From contig NC_091283.1 in the NCBI RefSeq assembly GCF_032444005.1, forward strand, positions 67,270,001 to 67,334,000: a DNA stretch of 64,000 bases, given 5' to 3'. The translations under genes were made by a program, and so were the position numbers. The notes under the pieces are model-generated. The model saw only the letters and a list, made by a program, of their open reading frames with translations. It was not told the DNA's origin and did not search any database. Shown here in pieces: positions 1-12,417 of the stretch. This DNA comes from Ranitomeya imitator. Lineage: Eukaryota. The number at the start of each line of letters is the position of its first letter. The first letter of the stretch is position 1.

Positions 1-510
1 ATGTCACCAAAGGTCCTGGAAGGGCTGATTCTTAGGAAGGAAGGCTGCCGGAAAGAAGCAGGGCGCGTCCGAGGGTGAGTATATACCTAATAGGAATATA
101 CTCACCCTCGGACGCGCCCCGCGCGAGCGGTCACATGGGCGGCCGCGCGGCCAATCACAAGCCGCGACGTCACCGCGACGTCACCGCAAGGTCCTGGAAG
201 GCTGATTCTAAGGAAGGAAGGTTCCCGGTTAGTACCAGGGCGCGTCAGAGGGTAAGTATTGCGATATTTTTTATTTTAATTCTTTATTTTACACTTAAAT
301 ATGGATCGCAGGGCCTGAAGGAGAGTTTCCGCTCCTTCAGACCCTGGGAACCATGGAAACCCAATGCACTGCATTGGGTTTCAGGTTTTGGCCAACCCCG
401 ACCCCGACTTTTTTATAGGATCGGCCGATTTCACTCGACCCGACTTTTGAAAAAGTCGGGTTTCGTGAAACCCGACCCGATCCTATAAAAGTAAAGGTTG
501 CTCAACCCTA
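1..510. mobile_element. Right-hand end of a non-autonomous hAT-type element (left end outside window)
   Basis: Ends ...GGTTGCTCAACCCTA at 510. Its reverse complement TAGGGTTGAGCAAC resembles the TAGCGATGAGCGAG terminus of the hAT at 52084. Internal 24-bp inverted repeat at 61-84/96-119. Family assignment is inference. Confidence 0.5.
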
Positions 511-864
511 GTGGTGACCAATTGCATTAAATTGTCTCTTTGACTCATTGAGGAAGACCAGAGCAATGGCCTAACCACCAAAAGTCTTAAAAAATGATAT
601 TGACAGGGTTTGTCTTCATTAGACAATACATTTCATTCACAAAAATGTATACAAATCCAAAAACATTCTAGTAGGTAATTTCTTCTGGACATTCGACAAA
701 CCTCAATTCTACCATCAGACATCCAGATGTTTAGTTACCAAACGTAATTACCCTAGAGAATACTTTACCTTTGCACTGTGACTAGATCTGTATCTGTGCA
801 GTTTAATTTTTACTAACTGTTGATAAAAATTGAAATGAAATGTTTTTGATTCAACTTTTTACCT

Positions 865-2002
865 AAACTTCAAACATCCCAGGGAGCACTGTGCAAGCGA
901 TCATATGCAAGGAGTATCATACCACTGCAAATCTACCAAGACCCAGCCGTCTCTAAACTTTCATCTCAAACAAGGAGAAGACTGATCAGAGATGCAGCCA
1001 AGAGGCCCATGATCCCTCTGGATGAACTGCAGAGATCTACAGCTGGGGTGGAACAGTCTGTCCATAGGACAACAATCAGTCGTACACTGCACAAATCTGG
1101 CCTTTATGGAAGAGTGGCAAGAAGAAAGCCATTTCTCAAAGATATCCATAAAAAAGTGCCGTTTAAAGTTTGCAACAAGCCACCTGGGAAACACACCAAA
1201 CATGTAGAAGAAGGTGCTTTGGTCAGATGAAACCAAAATTTAACTTTTTGGCAACAATGCCAAACAACATGTTTGGCATAAAGGCAACACAGCTGATCAC
1301 CCTGAACACACCATTCCCACTGTCAAACATGGTGGTGGCAGCATCATGGTTTGGGCCTGCTTTTCTTCAGCAGGGACAGGGAAGATGGTTACAATTGATG
1401 GGAAGATGGATGGAGCCAAATACAGGACCATTCTTGAAGAAAACCTGTTGGAGTCTGCAAAAGACCTGAGACTGGGACGGAGATGTGTCTTCCAGCAAGA
1501 CAATAATCCCAAACATAAAGCAAAATCTACAATGGAATGGTTCACAAATACATGTATCCAGGTGTTAGAACGGCCAAGTCAAAGTCCAGACCTCAGTCCA
1601 ATCGAGAATCTGTGCAAAGAGCTGAAAACTGCTGTTCACAAATGATCTCCATCACTGAGCTCGAGCTGTTTGCAAAGGAAGACTGGGCAAGAATTTCAGT
1701 CTCTCGATGTACAAAACTGATTGAGACATACCCCAAGCGATTTGCAGCTGTAATCGCAGCAAAGTTGGCGCAGCAAAGTATTAATTTAAGGGTCCGAATA
1801 ATATTGCACGCCCCACTTTTCAGTTTTTCATTTTCCACAAAAATGTAAAATAACCAATAAATTTTGTTCAACTTCAAAATTCTGTTCCACTTGTTGTTGA
1901 TTCTTCACCAAAAATTTACATTAGGTATCTTTATGTTTGAAGTATGATATGTGGGAAAAGGTTGAAAAGTTCCAGGGAGCCGAAAACTTTTGCAAGGCAC
2001 TG
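865..2002 (+). mobile_element. 5'-truncated Tc1/mariner transposon with pseudogenised DD34E transposase
   Basis: Fragments read RRLIRDAAKRP, GLYGRVARRKPFL, WSDETK (~1220), KHGGGSIMVWACF, FQQDNNPKH (~1490) and SPDLSPIENL. Broken by a frameshift at ~1150 and stops at ~1204 and 1643. Right terminus ...CTTTTGCAAGGCACTG at 2002 is followed by TA. Left boundary approximate. Confidence 0.9.
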
Positions 2003-4395
2003 TATATTTATTTGTACACTTTTTTGTGCCTATGCATCAATAGAGCCTTTATCTCCTCACTGATCTCTGCAGCAGCTAAAAAAGATAGAGCAGAGCGAAG
2101 TTATATATCTTTACAAATACTTCCAAATCTTATCTTTTGGTAGTCAGTGTGGGGAGAGGTAAGAGCTGACAGCATTGCTTGATGAGATCTGGAACTGTTT
2201 GTAATGATACATATCTCAGCCAGCTTAGTATCTCTACACAGTAGCTGCAGTTATGTACTATATAATCATGTAAATAAGGCAGCACACTGCAGCGCTGAAA
2301 CATGCAAACATGAAACACGAAAATTGAACTGCATTACTGCACTAGAAATATGAAAAATGAGAGCGTTTAGCGCATAAAAATGGCCAATTTTATGTGTACC
2401 TGGTAGCCACTTTAGGGCATCTCTCGTATACCAGGTCCTACACTTTCCTTTTCCTCTCTCTTCCATGGGTTGTGTCTGATACTTCATCGAAACGAGAATG
2501 AGTTGATTTACAAGTCCGAAAACAAAGAGATGCATTGTAGACTCTAATCACCAGAAAACCTGTTTTAAATATTATTTTGGACAAGAAAAGATCACATTTT
2601 GATGATTTGAAAGAAAGAAATTGTCAGAAGGAATTAAGGATAAAAAAGAGAAACAATAACCACAAAAGACAAAAAAGATGGATACAATTAAAAAAAATTG
2701 CTGTATCACAAGTAAGTTCACACAAGGACTTTGTTCACACAGTTTCTGGAATGTTCCCCATAACACTTCAAGAACATATTGCTTATGAAACAAACAAACA
2801 AATATGTTTTTTTCATCGTCTTTACAGATAGTTAACAGATTATAAGAAACAGTATGATACTTTAGGATGAATCAAGAAAACAAACAGTTTTAAATATTTG
2901 TTATGATAGCCAAATGCTGAATTAGCAATGGATTCTCGGAGTATTCGAAAGACAATATGTAACAAAAATTACTTAAATTCAATCTCCCTCAATAAAAAAT
3001 AGGCAAGAATAAAAGTAAAAAAAGAAATAAACTACAAAAAAGAGTAAACAACTCATACAGCTACAGTATGAAGTCAGGAAAATAAAGTTATTGGGAAAAG
3101 GGGAAGGAAAAACAAAAGTGAACAAACAGGAACATACCCTGATCAATATCAGGATTTTGGAACAGACAGGTAACAAAATACAATAAAACTTTTTTGACAC
3201 CACCACCAACACTGTATTGGCAATTGGTCATCAGAATACAGGCATCATCTTCATCATACCAGTATTCTGGAATGGCATTTGAAGAAAGGATTACTCTAAT
3301 GTTAAGCTGGGCATTACCACATTACTCACACTAGTATAGAGACTTACAATGGTAATAGGAAAGTAGAAAAAGGCAGCACAGAGTTGTTTTAGCTGTATTG
3401 TTCTGGCCCAAAGTTAGATTACAGGATCACCAGCGAGGCCAAATCGTGGGAATCAGCCTTCTTAGTCACAAGTGCTCGGAAAAGAGCACAAGCAAAAAGT
3501 TTATTGCCCTTTGAGCAGTTTCCTTATACCATTTACAGACAAAGTAATACTACAAACGCCCTTTTCTCAGAAATATGTTATTGTAACTTATTGCTATCAT
3601 GCCTTTCCCAGTATACTGCCCATAAAACACAGTTTCTCAGAACATCACATATGAGATAAGAAAATATTAGACCAAATATTAAACCTTGGAAAATCGTAAA
3701 CAAAACAAGAGCCTAGTTAATATTAAACAAAATATAAAGCAGAGAAAAATATTGACCCTTCCGCATCAAAGTCAAGAAGATTCATCCAGTTTGTACTTTT
3801 TTGCGTTTGTTATTACATTTTATAATATACTTTATTTTGATAATTTTTCAGTTTTACCCTATACATATTTTTATATGCTTTTATTCTACATTTTGTATGT
3901 ACACATGTATATGTATATATTATATATATTTTTTCTCTATTCACTACCATAATTTGCTAAATCTCATGTATAAAACCTCCTTAGGTAGATGAACACCAGT
4001 CTGTTATTTGTCTCATTTTTCACTGAAGCGATCGTCCTCCTTTAAATTGAGCCAACTAACATGTAATCACCAGCTTCTTATTATTACATCGCATTGCTTT
4101 ATAGCAGGGGTGGAGAACGTCTGGCCCTTGGGCAGTATGCGGTCCGCGATACCATCTGGTGCAGTCCACAGGCACTTTGCCTGTTTTTTGGGCACGGGCC
4201 CTTTAATTCTAATAGCAGCACTGCACGTGGCCGCTATGTATCCCGCTGCTGCCCCATCGCTCATTCAACTTAGCATCATAGACGGCGATACAGTTGAAAG
4301 CAGTGATGGAGGAGAGCGCATTAGATGCTCCCTCTCCCATCACTCCCCCTCTGCTTGTTACTCAGCAAGCGTACTATGACATCATTACATCATGC

Positions 4396-6414
4396 TATAT
4401 ACAAAAAAGGTTGCACTCTATTGTGACAAAGCATGTCTAATATGAAATACATGAAATATGAATAGCAAAATGGCTTTTGAACATTAGGAAAATATTTGAG
4501 AGACGCTTTGCACAGAATTTGATCAAATAGTGTGAGGCCATCAACCATCGTCAAGGTGGTCTCATTAGTCTGATGGGTTCCTGACCTCCCTGTCCAAATG
4601 TGAACACTTCCTGAGGGCCAATGTCTGTATGCCTGGGTGAATGTGGACACCTCTGTCAGCAAAGCCTACATATGGGTTGGCCAGAACCAAGTGTGATTAG
4701 ATGTAATTATAAACCACACTTGGTTCCGGCCAACCCAATATGTAGGCTTTGCTGACAGAGGTGTCCACATTCACCCAGGCATACAGACATTCGTCTTCGG
4801 TAAGTGTTCACATTTGGACAGGGAGGTCAGGGACCCATCAGACTAATGAGGCCATCTTGACGATGGTTGATGGGCTCACACTATTTGATCAAATTCTGTG
4901 CAAAGCATCCCTCAAATATTTTCCTAATGTTCAAAAGCCATTTTGCTATTCATATTTCATGTATTTCATATTAGACATGCTTTGGCACAATAGAGTGCAA
5001 CCTTTTTTGTATATTGTGTATGGAGGTAGCTGCTCCTGGTAGGGAGCCATCAGGGACCCATCAGACTAATGAGACCACCTTGACGATGGTTGATGGGCTC
5101 ACACTATTTGATCAAATTCTGTGCAAATCGTCCCTCAAATATTTTCCTAATGTTCAAAAGCCATTTTGCTATTCATATTTCATGTATTTCATATTAGACA
5201 TGCTTTGGCACGATAGAGTGCAACCTTTTTTGTATATTGTGTATGGAGGTAGCTGCTCCTGGTATGCACCTATTCACACTAGTTTGGATGTGCCAGTCGT
5301 TTTTCTGTCATTTCTATGTTAGCTTACTGACTGAGCACTCCTCCCGTCACCATGTGGTTTTTAATTACATCTAATCACACTTGGTTCCGGCCAACCCATA
5401 TGTAGGCTTTGCTGACAGAGGTGTCCACATTAATCCAGGCATACAGACATTGGCCTTCGGTAAGTGTTCACATTTGGACAGGGAGGTCAGGGACCCATCA
5501 GACTAATGAGGCCATCTTGACGATGGTTGATGGGCTCACACTATTTGATCAAATTCTGTGCAAAGCATCCCTCAAATATTTTCCTAATGTTCAAAAGCCA
5601 TTTTGCTATTCATATTTCATGTATTTCATATTAGACATGCTTTGGCACAATAGAGTGCAACCTTTTTTGTATATTGTGTATGGAGGTAGCTGCTCCTGGT
5701 AGGGAGCCATCAGGGACCCATCAGACAAATGAGACCACCTTGACGATGGTTGATGGGCTCACACTATTTGATCAAATTCTGTGCAAAGCGTCCCTCAAAT
5801 ATTTTCCTAATGTTCAAAAGCCATTTTGCTATTCATATTTCATGTATTTCATATTAGACATGCTTTGGCACGATAGAGTGCAACCTTTTTTGTATATTGT
5901 GTATGGAGGTAGCTGCTCCTGGTATGCACCTATTCACACTAGTTTGGATGTGCCAGTCGTTTTTCTGTCATTTCTATGTTAGCTTACTGACTGAGCACTC
6001 CTCCCGTCACCATGTGGTTTTTAATTACATCTAATCACACTTGGTTCTGGCCAACCCATATGTAGGCTTTGCTGACAGAGGTGTCCACATTAATCCAGGC
6101 ATACAGACATTGGCCTTCGGTAAGTGTTCACATTTGGACAGGGAGGTCAGGGACCCATCAGACTAATGAGACCACCTTGACGATGGTTGATGGGCTCACA
6201 CTATTTGATCAAATTCTGTGCAAAGCGTCTCTCAAATATTTTCCTAATGTTCAAAAGCCATTTTGCTATTCATATTTCATGTATTTCATATTAGACATGC
6301 TTTGGCACAATCGAGTGCAACCTATTTTGTATATTGTGTATGGAGGTAGCTGCTCCCGGTATGCACCTATTCACATTAGTTTGGATGTGCCAGTCGTTTT
6401 TCTGTATCATCATT
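4396..6414. repeat. Non-coding insertion: inverted 5' arm plus partial tandem array, 12-bp TSD
   Basis: 4396-~4718 is the reverse complement of the following sequence. Forward units recur every 660 bp (4749, 5409, 6069). The first two units contain an internal ~215-bp duplication that the third lacks. ATTACATCATGC at 4384-4395 and 6415-6426. Confidence 0.8.
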
Positions 6415-6499
6415 ATTACATCATGCACCACAGTGTACCAACAGTGGAGCTGATGAGACAGGGGCAGAGCCTGGAGCAGCATGGGGAACGAGGAGGAAA

Positions 6500-7305
6500 G
6501 GTAAGTATTGTGTGAGTGTGTGTGTGTTGGTGTGTGCAGGGGCTACACTATACTATGTGTGTGTGCAAGTCTGCACTATACTTTGTATTGGGGTAGCTGC
6601 GCCTACACTGTACTGTGCGTTGGGGGGAGCTGCACTATACTGTGTATGGGGGGAGCTGAACTATACTGTGTATTGGGGCAGCTGCACCTGCACTATACTG
6701 TGTGTTGGGGAGCTGCACAGTCCTGTGTGTTGGAGGGAGCTGCACTATACTGTGTAATGGGGAGCTGTGCCTACACTGTACTGTGTATTGGGGGAGCTGC
6801 ACTGTACTGTGTTTTGGTGGAGCTTCACTATACTGTGTATTGGGGGAGCTGTGCCTGCACTATACTGTGTGTTGGGGGAGCTGCAATGTACTGTGTGTTG
6901 GGGGAGTTGCACTGTACTGTGTTTTGGTGAGAGCTGCACTATATTGTGTGTGGGGGGTGCTGCACTAAACTGTGTGTGTTGGGAGCTTGACTATACTGTG
7001 TGGGGGAAACTGCACTATACTGTTCATTGGGGGAGCTGCACCTGCACTATACTGTTTGTTGAGGGAGCTGCACTATACTGTGTATTGGGGAGCTGCACCT
7101 GCACTATACTGTGTGTTGGGGAGCTGCATTGTGCTGTGTTGGGGGGAGCTGCATTATACTGTGTGTTGGGGAGCTACATAGTACTGTGTGTTGGGGAGGT
7201 GCACTATACTGTGTGTTGGTGGGGAGCTGCACTGTACTGTGTGTTGGTGGGGAGCTGCACTGTACTGTGTGTTGGGGGCTGCACTATACTGTGTGTGGGG
7301 AGCTT
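6500..7305. repeat. Degenerate ~25-35 bp minisatellite (GGGAGCTGCACTATACTGTGTGTTG-like) inside the hAT element
   Basis: Directly visible tandem units. They generate the spurious Cys/Val/Gly-rich ORFs of the track. Confidence 0.9.
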
Positions 7306-7814
7306 TATTTAAATGTTTGAATAAATATAGTTGGATAATGTTTAAGTTAATAATTTTATATGGCTCCCGAATGCTATTATAAAATTCCAAATGGCCACTG
7401 GCAGACCCCTGCTTTATAGGCATTATCCATGGGCAGCCTCTCCAGCATCCTGTGTTACCCGAGACTGACGTCAGGTATCCATGGGCTCCTTCAGTCTCCA
7501 GGAAGTGACATGACACTGATCCCAGCGATGCACTTGCATGACGGCACATCTGGATTACGGCACCTCTTCTACATGGAACAATGCCAGTGATTACTGGCGT
7601 TGCTATGGCCTCGGTAAAACGCAGCCCGTCATTACTCTACACTTTTTGGCGGCAATTTTTTTCTTGACCCGGAACTCCTTAGAAGATCATATTACCTGAA
7701 GTAATAATATATTATAATATGGCGTGGCTGCAATTAGAATTCTTAGGCACACATGGAGCTCCTTAATGTTCATTGGCTACCTGTAACTTAAATAATCCAT
7801 CTGGCCAGCACCCA

Positions 7815-7863
7815 ACCACCCCTGGATGAAGCATTTCATTGTGAAACGTGTGTCGGGTGTGGT
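7815..7863 (+). ncRNA. Degenerate type I hammerhead-like motif in a PLE-type 3' remnant
   Basis: ACCACCC-CUGGAUGA-A-GC..GU-GAAA-CGUGUG-UC-GGGUGUGGU. Stem I pairs and a GUC site is present, but the core has an extra G. Activity doubtful. Confidence 0.45.
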
Positions 7864-8109
7864 GGGTCCCCAGCCGCCATTCTTGAGGTACAGTACCTTT
7901 CATCATGTAGTCCTTCATTGTTTGATACTTTAAATGTATACATGGTTTCCCTTTTTCTGCTTGATAGGCTGATGGCTTTGTATCTGGTTGGTAGATCTTG
8001 TACTATTGGGCAACTTTGCAAAATGATGCAACGCCCTCGGATCTGTATTTACATATATTTTTGTTTTACCTTTATCTTCTGGATCAGGTGTTTTTCTATA
8101 TGAGTGCGA

Positions 8110-8240
8110 TCCTCTCTCCTACTGTACCAGTCGTGACTTGTATTGTTTAAGATTATTGTACCTGTTTTTATTATGTATAGCCCTCCTCACATGTAAAGTG
8201 ATATGGAATAATTGGCGCTATAATAATAAATAATAATAAT
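8110..8240 (+). mobile_element. Probable LINE (L2/CR1-group) 3' tail fragment
   Basis: Ends ...CACATGTAAAGTGATATGGAATAATTGGCGCTATAATAATAAATAATAATAAT: a degenerate stem-loop followed by a (TAA)n tail. Clade assignment is inference. Confidence 0.45.
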
Positions 8241-9279
8241 ATGGCAAAGATTATTATATTTATTACCTTTGTTCTCTACCTAAAATGCATGCCCTAGGGT
8301 CCATGTGAATACAGTATACTACTAAATAATCTTTTGAGTTCTTGTTTATATTTTTTTTTTATATTACCTGGGTGTTCCCACCTCTTTCGGTGCTCTTCTT
8401 TCATACACTGCTTTTAATATATTCAATAAACTTTATATATTTTAATCATTTATACTCTGGCCTGTGTAAAGTTTTTTTCTTTTGGTGTTCTTACATTTTG
8501 TATGCATCAAGATTAGCAATTGATCAGATCAGGATTTGCATCTACTTTAGCCTAAAGTTATAGCAATGTATGTGTTCAAAATGCATATAATGGAAAGGGG
8601 GCACCACGGATCATGGGATACCACCAGGACCTGAGACATATGAGCATACACAAAAAAAGAAACAGACAAGGTCCTAAGAAAGGGGATCACCACAACAAGG
8701 ATATGGCAAAAAATATATACACAGCTTTATTGAAATATATATACAAACAAGGGTAACAAACACATAGACATATAAAAACACTTAAAAAGCATACAAATGC
8801 TATACACAACAGCCCCTAATACGGCCGTACCCCACATAGGACTCGAGCCATATACACATAATGTAATAACCTAGAACCAAATTGATCATAGAATTAAAGA
8901 AATAGGCCAAGCTACCTAGGCACTCCCCTGGGTACTACAAATGGAAGCAGACCACTGACAGTGTGAATGCAAAATAGCAAACTAAAAAGCCCACATTGAC
9001 ATACAAATCCCTGCACTACAAGTGCTAGATAAGGGACACACATACACAAGCTTGCCTAGCATATAGAAACGACAGGTGTGTACAAGACGGTACATAAATA
9101 TCAAGCAGCAAAAGTATCAGCATAGTGCCTCAATAGCATGTGACCAACAATCTAACATGCCACTATACAGAAAAATAGCACCAAGATGGTATAAGCTGTA
9201 GAGATAGCATATTACCCAGGGCACATAATGCCCAAGCCTATAGCGCCTGGAAAAAGAGTCCTAATGTGGGCTACAAGGA

Positions 9280-9325
9280 GACCCAACGTGTATCGCCACC
9301 ACACCGGGCGGCTTCGTCAGGGGTA
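9280..9325 (-). ncRNA. Minimal type I hammerhead-like motif (GAAA mutated to GAUA)
   Basis: Minus strand: ACCC-CUGACGA-A-GCCGCC-CGGUGU-GGUGGC-GAUA-CACG-UU-GGGU. Stems I and II pair. Confidence 0.55.
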
Positions 9326-10461
9326 ATCTAAACGCCAAGTGCTTGCCCCTTACATAACAAATAAATGAATAGCATTACCATAATCAGCTGTGCTGCTGCT
9401 GAGTCGGCCGCATGGAGTAGTATGAGTCACACCATCATGGGGAATCTCCCCCGTCTGAGCATGCTCCGGCGTCGAACGCTGATTGGTATGTAAATGTGCC
9501 CTGGTTAATATGCTATCTCTACAGCTTATACCATCTTGGTGTATAGTGGCATGTTAGATTGTTGGTCACATGCTATTGAGGCACTATGCTGATACTTTTG
9601 CTGCTTGATATTTATGTACCGTCTTGTACACACCTGTCGTTTCTATATGCTAGGCAGGTTTGTGTATGTGTGTCCCTTATCTAGCACTTGTAGTGCAGGG
9701 ATTTGTATGTCAATGTGGGCTTTTTAGTTTGCTATTTTGCATTCACACTATTAGTGGTCTGCTTCCGTTTGTAGTACCCAGGGGAGTGCCTAGGTAGCTT
9801 GGCCTATTTCTTTCGTTCTATGATCAATTTGGTTCTAGGTTATTATATTATGTGTACTAGCTGAAGAGCCCGGCGTTGCCAGGGCATAGTAAATATCTGT
9901 GGTTAGTTATAGCACCTCACTTCTCTTATTTTCCCATCACGCCTCTCATTTTCCCAATCACATCTTTCATTTTCCCCCTCATATCTCATTTTCTCCCTTA
10001 CACCTCTCATTCCCCCCTAACACTTGTCATTTCGACCTCACATCTGTCATTTTCCGAACACTCCACTATTTTCCCTCACTCCTCTCATTTTGCACTCACA
10101 CCTTTTCATATTCACCTCAGTATATACATGTTTGTCATCTCCCTTATATATAGTATACACCTGTATGTCATCTCCTGTATATAGTATATACCTGTATGTC
10201 ATCTCCCCTGTATATAGTATATACCTGCTGTGTGTCATCTCCCCTGTATATAGTATATACCTGCTGTGTGTCATCTCCCCTGTATATAGTATATACCTGT
10301 ATGTCATCTCCTATATATAGTATATACCTGTATGTCATCTCCTTCTATATATAGTATATACCTGTATGTCATCTCTTCCTGTATATAGTATATACCTGTG
10401 TGTCATCTCCCCTGTATATAGTATATATCTGTGTGTCATCTCCTCCTGTATATAGTATGCG

Positions 10462-11424
10462 TGTTAGGTCTCGAGTTCCCGCTTCTGCACAGGGGGAATC
10501 TCGAGCCGTCTCCGCTGCGGTCCCCCATTCCTATCCAGCCACAGTGGAGCCTGCTCAGCAGGGACGTCGGTCCCAGCGTCTTGCTCGGTCTCACTCTGTT
10601 CAGAGAGTTACTGCTGCTTCTTCAGCTCCTGCCATTAAAGTCAGTGCTCGTCAGCAGCGAGTGGACTTCTCTGGGAATAAGTCCTTGTCTGCGCACACTG
10701 AGCATGCCCAGGGCAAGATCTCCCGTTGGAGATCGAGGGTCATGTGCTCAGACTCTGCAGCGCATTCTATTGGTCCTCTTGGCAGGTCTTGGAAGGGCAA
10801 AGTTTCTGTGGCCACTTCCTGTCCTGCAACTATATAAACTGCGCATGACCGCACGGCCATGCGCTAGTGTACAATTTAATACGTGTGTTTGTTGTGAGTG
10901 CAAGTCGTTCTTTAAATACCCCTACCCTATTGTATGACTGTTCGCGTATGGTGTATGGCTGCTATCTAGCGCCCGACTAATCACTCAACGTGTCACACAC
11001 GTATCAGCGTCTATTGCTGTGACCGCCAGTGCGGTGCCACGCGCCAGTGTGCGCTTCCTGACCCACGTCTGGGTGCTTAGTGGTACCTGCCAGCACGGCA
11101 CAGTTCGCACTTCGGTGCTATAATTATATATTTCCTTACACACCCAGTAGCGGTGTAGTGCCAGCAAGGGTCTAATCGGACTACAATCCCTGTTGGGGTT
11201 AAGTTCGCTGACCACTTGCTCGCGCTCTATGTGCGGTACCGCGGTCCTGTGACGCAACAGGATCGCTTTCTTCATGCTGGGTGAGGTTTAACCCACGCGT
11301 GTATACTTTTGGATACCGCCATATAGTCTGTCATTTCCTAGCAGCAGGTTTCACCTGCACGGTGGACCCCGGACTGCGAACGCATCTATATCATCTCTCT
11401 TGGTGCGTTCCGCCAGTCCTAACA
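10462..11424 (+). mobile_element. Solo LTR (963 bp) of the 44222-50313 chromovirus family
   Basis: TGTTAGG...CCTAACA termini. 5-bp TSD ATGCG at 10457-10461 and 11425-11429. Homologous to the LTRs at 44222 and 49337. Confidence 0.92.
10831..10871 (+). promoter_or_regulatory. LTR TATA box and predicted transcript 5' end
   Basis: TATATAAA at 10831. GCGCTAGTGTA starts 30 nt later (10861) and is complementary to the family PBS. Confidence 0.65.
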
Positions 11425-12417
11425 ATGCGCGTGGCGAGTTTTGAGTGCCGACTTTTGTGTTTCGACTTTTATGTGGCGAGGTTGGTGTATTTGTGGTGAA
11501 ATGTGTGCTGAGGGTGGTATATGTGTTCAAGCACGTGGTAGTGTGTGGCGCATTTTGTGTGTGTTCATATTCCTGTGTGTGGTGAGTATCCCATGTCGGG
11601 GCCCCACCTTAGCAACTGTACGGTATATACTCTTTGGCGCCATCGCTCTCATTCTTTAAGTCCCCCTTGTTCACATCTGGCAGCTGTCAATTTGCCTCCT
11701 ACACTTTTCCTTTCATTTTTTCCCATTATGTAGATAGGGGCAAAATTGTTTGGTGAATTGGAAAGCGCGGGGTTAAAATTTCACCTCACAACATAGCCTA
11801 TGACGCTCTCAGGGTCCAGACGTGTGACTGTGCAAAATTTTGTGGCTGTAGCTGCGACGCCTCCAACACTTTTCCTTTCACTTTTTCCCCATTATGTAGA
11901 TAGGGGCAAAATTGTTTGGTGAATTGGAACGCGCGGGGTTAAAATTTCACCTCACAACGTAGCCTATGACGCTCTTAGGGTCCAGACGTGTGACTGTGCA
12001 AAATTTTGTTTCTGTAGCTGCGACGCCTCCAACACTTTTCCTTTCACTTTTTTTCCCCATTATGTAGATAGGGGCAAAATTGTTTGGTGAATTGGAAAGC
12101 GCGGGGTTAAAATTTCACCTCACAACGTAGCCTATGATGCTCTCAGGGTCCAGACGTGTGACTGTGCAAAATTTTGTGGCTGTAGCTGCGACGCTTCCAA
12201 CACTTTTCCTTTCACTTTTTACCCCATTATGTAGATAGGGGCAAAATTGTTTGGTGAATTGGAACGCGCAGGGTTAAAATTTTGCCTCACAACATAGCCT
12301 ATGACGCTCTCAGGGTCCAGACGTGTGACTGTGAAAAATTTTGTGGCTGTAGCTGCGACGGTGCAGATGCCAATCCCGGACATACACACATACACACATT
12401 CAGCTTTATATAGTAGA

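Larger units (their letters stand above)
4105..7411. mobile_element. Non-autonomous hAT (Charlie-like) element with 8-bp TSD
   Basis: Starts CAGGGGTGGAGAACGTCTGGCCC and ends ...ACCCCTG. Identical 8-bp flanks CTTTATAG at 4097-4104 and 7412-7419. No transposase inside. Confidence 0.8.
9857..12417 (-). mobile_element. Non-autonomous Helitron family A, copy 1 (internally deleted, solo LTR inside)
   Basis: On the minus strand: 5' TCTACTATATAAAG start, 3' hairpin CCCTGGCAACGCCGGG then CTAG followed by T, no TSD. Contains ~163-bp tandem units and a ~33-bp minisatellite. Confidence 0.85.

Noticed and set aside
4828-4880. CUAAUGA-G-GCCAUC/GAUGGU hairpin as a hammerhead in the 660-bp unit
   Set aside because: No GAAA follows the stem and the core has G5 changed. 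Resemblance only.
4390-6515. Repeated ~100-aa ORFs (MLTEVSTF...) as a tandem gene family
   Set aside because: They start at TTG, show no domain and no splice or promoter support, and recur only because the DNA is repeated.
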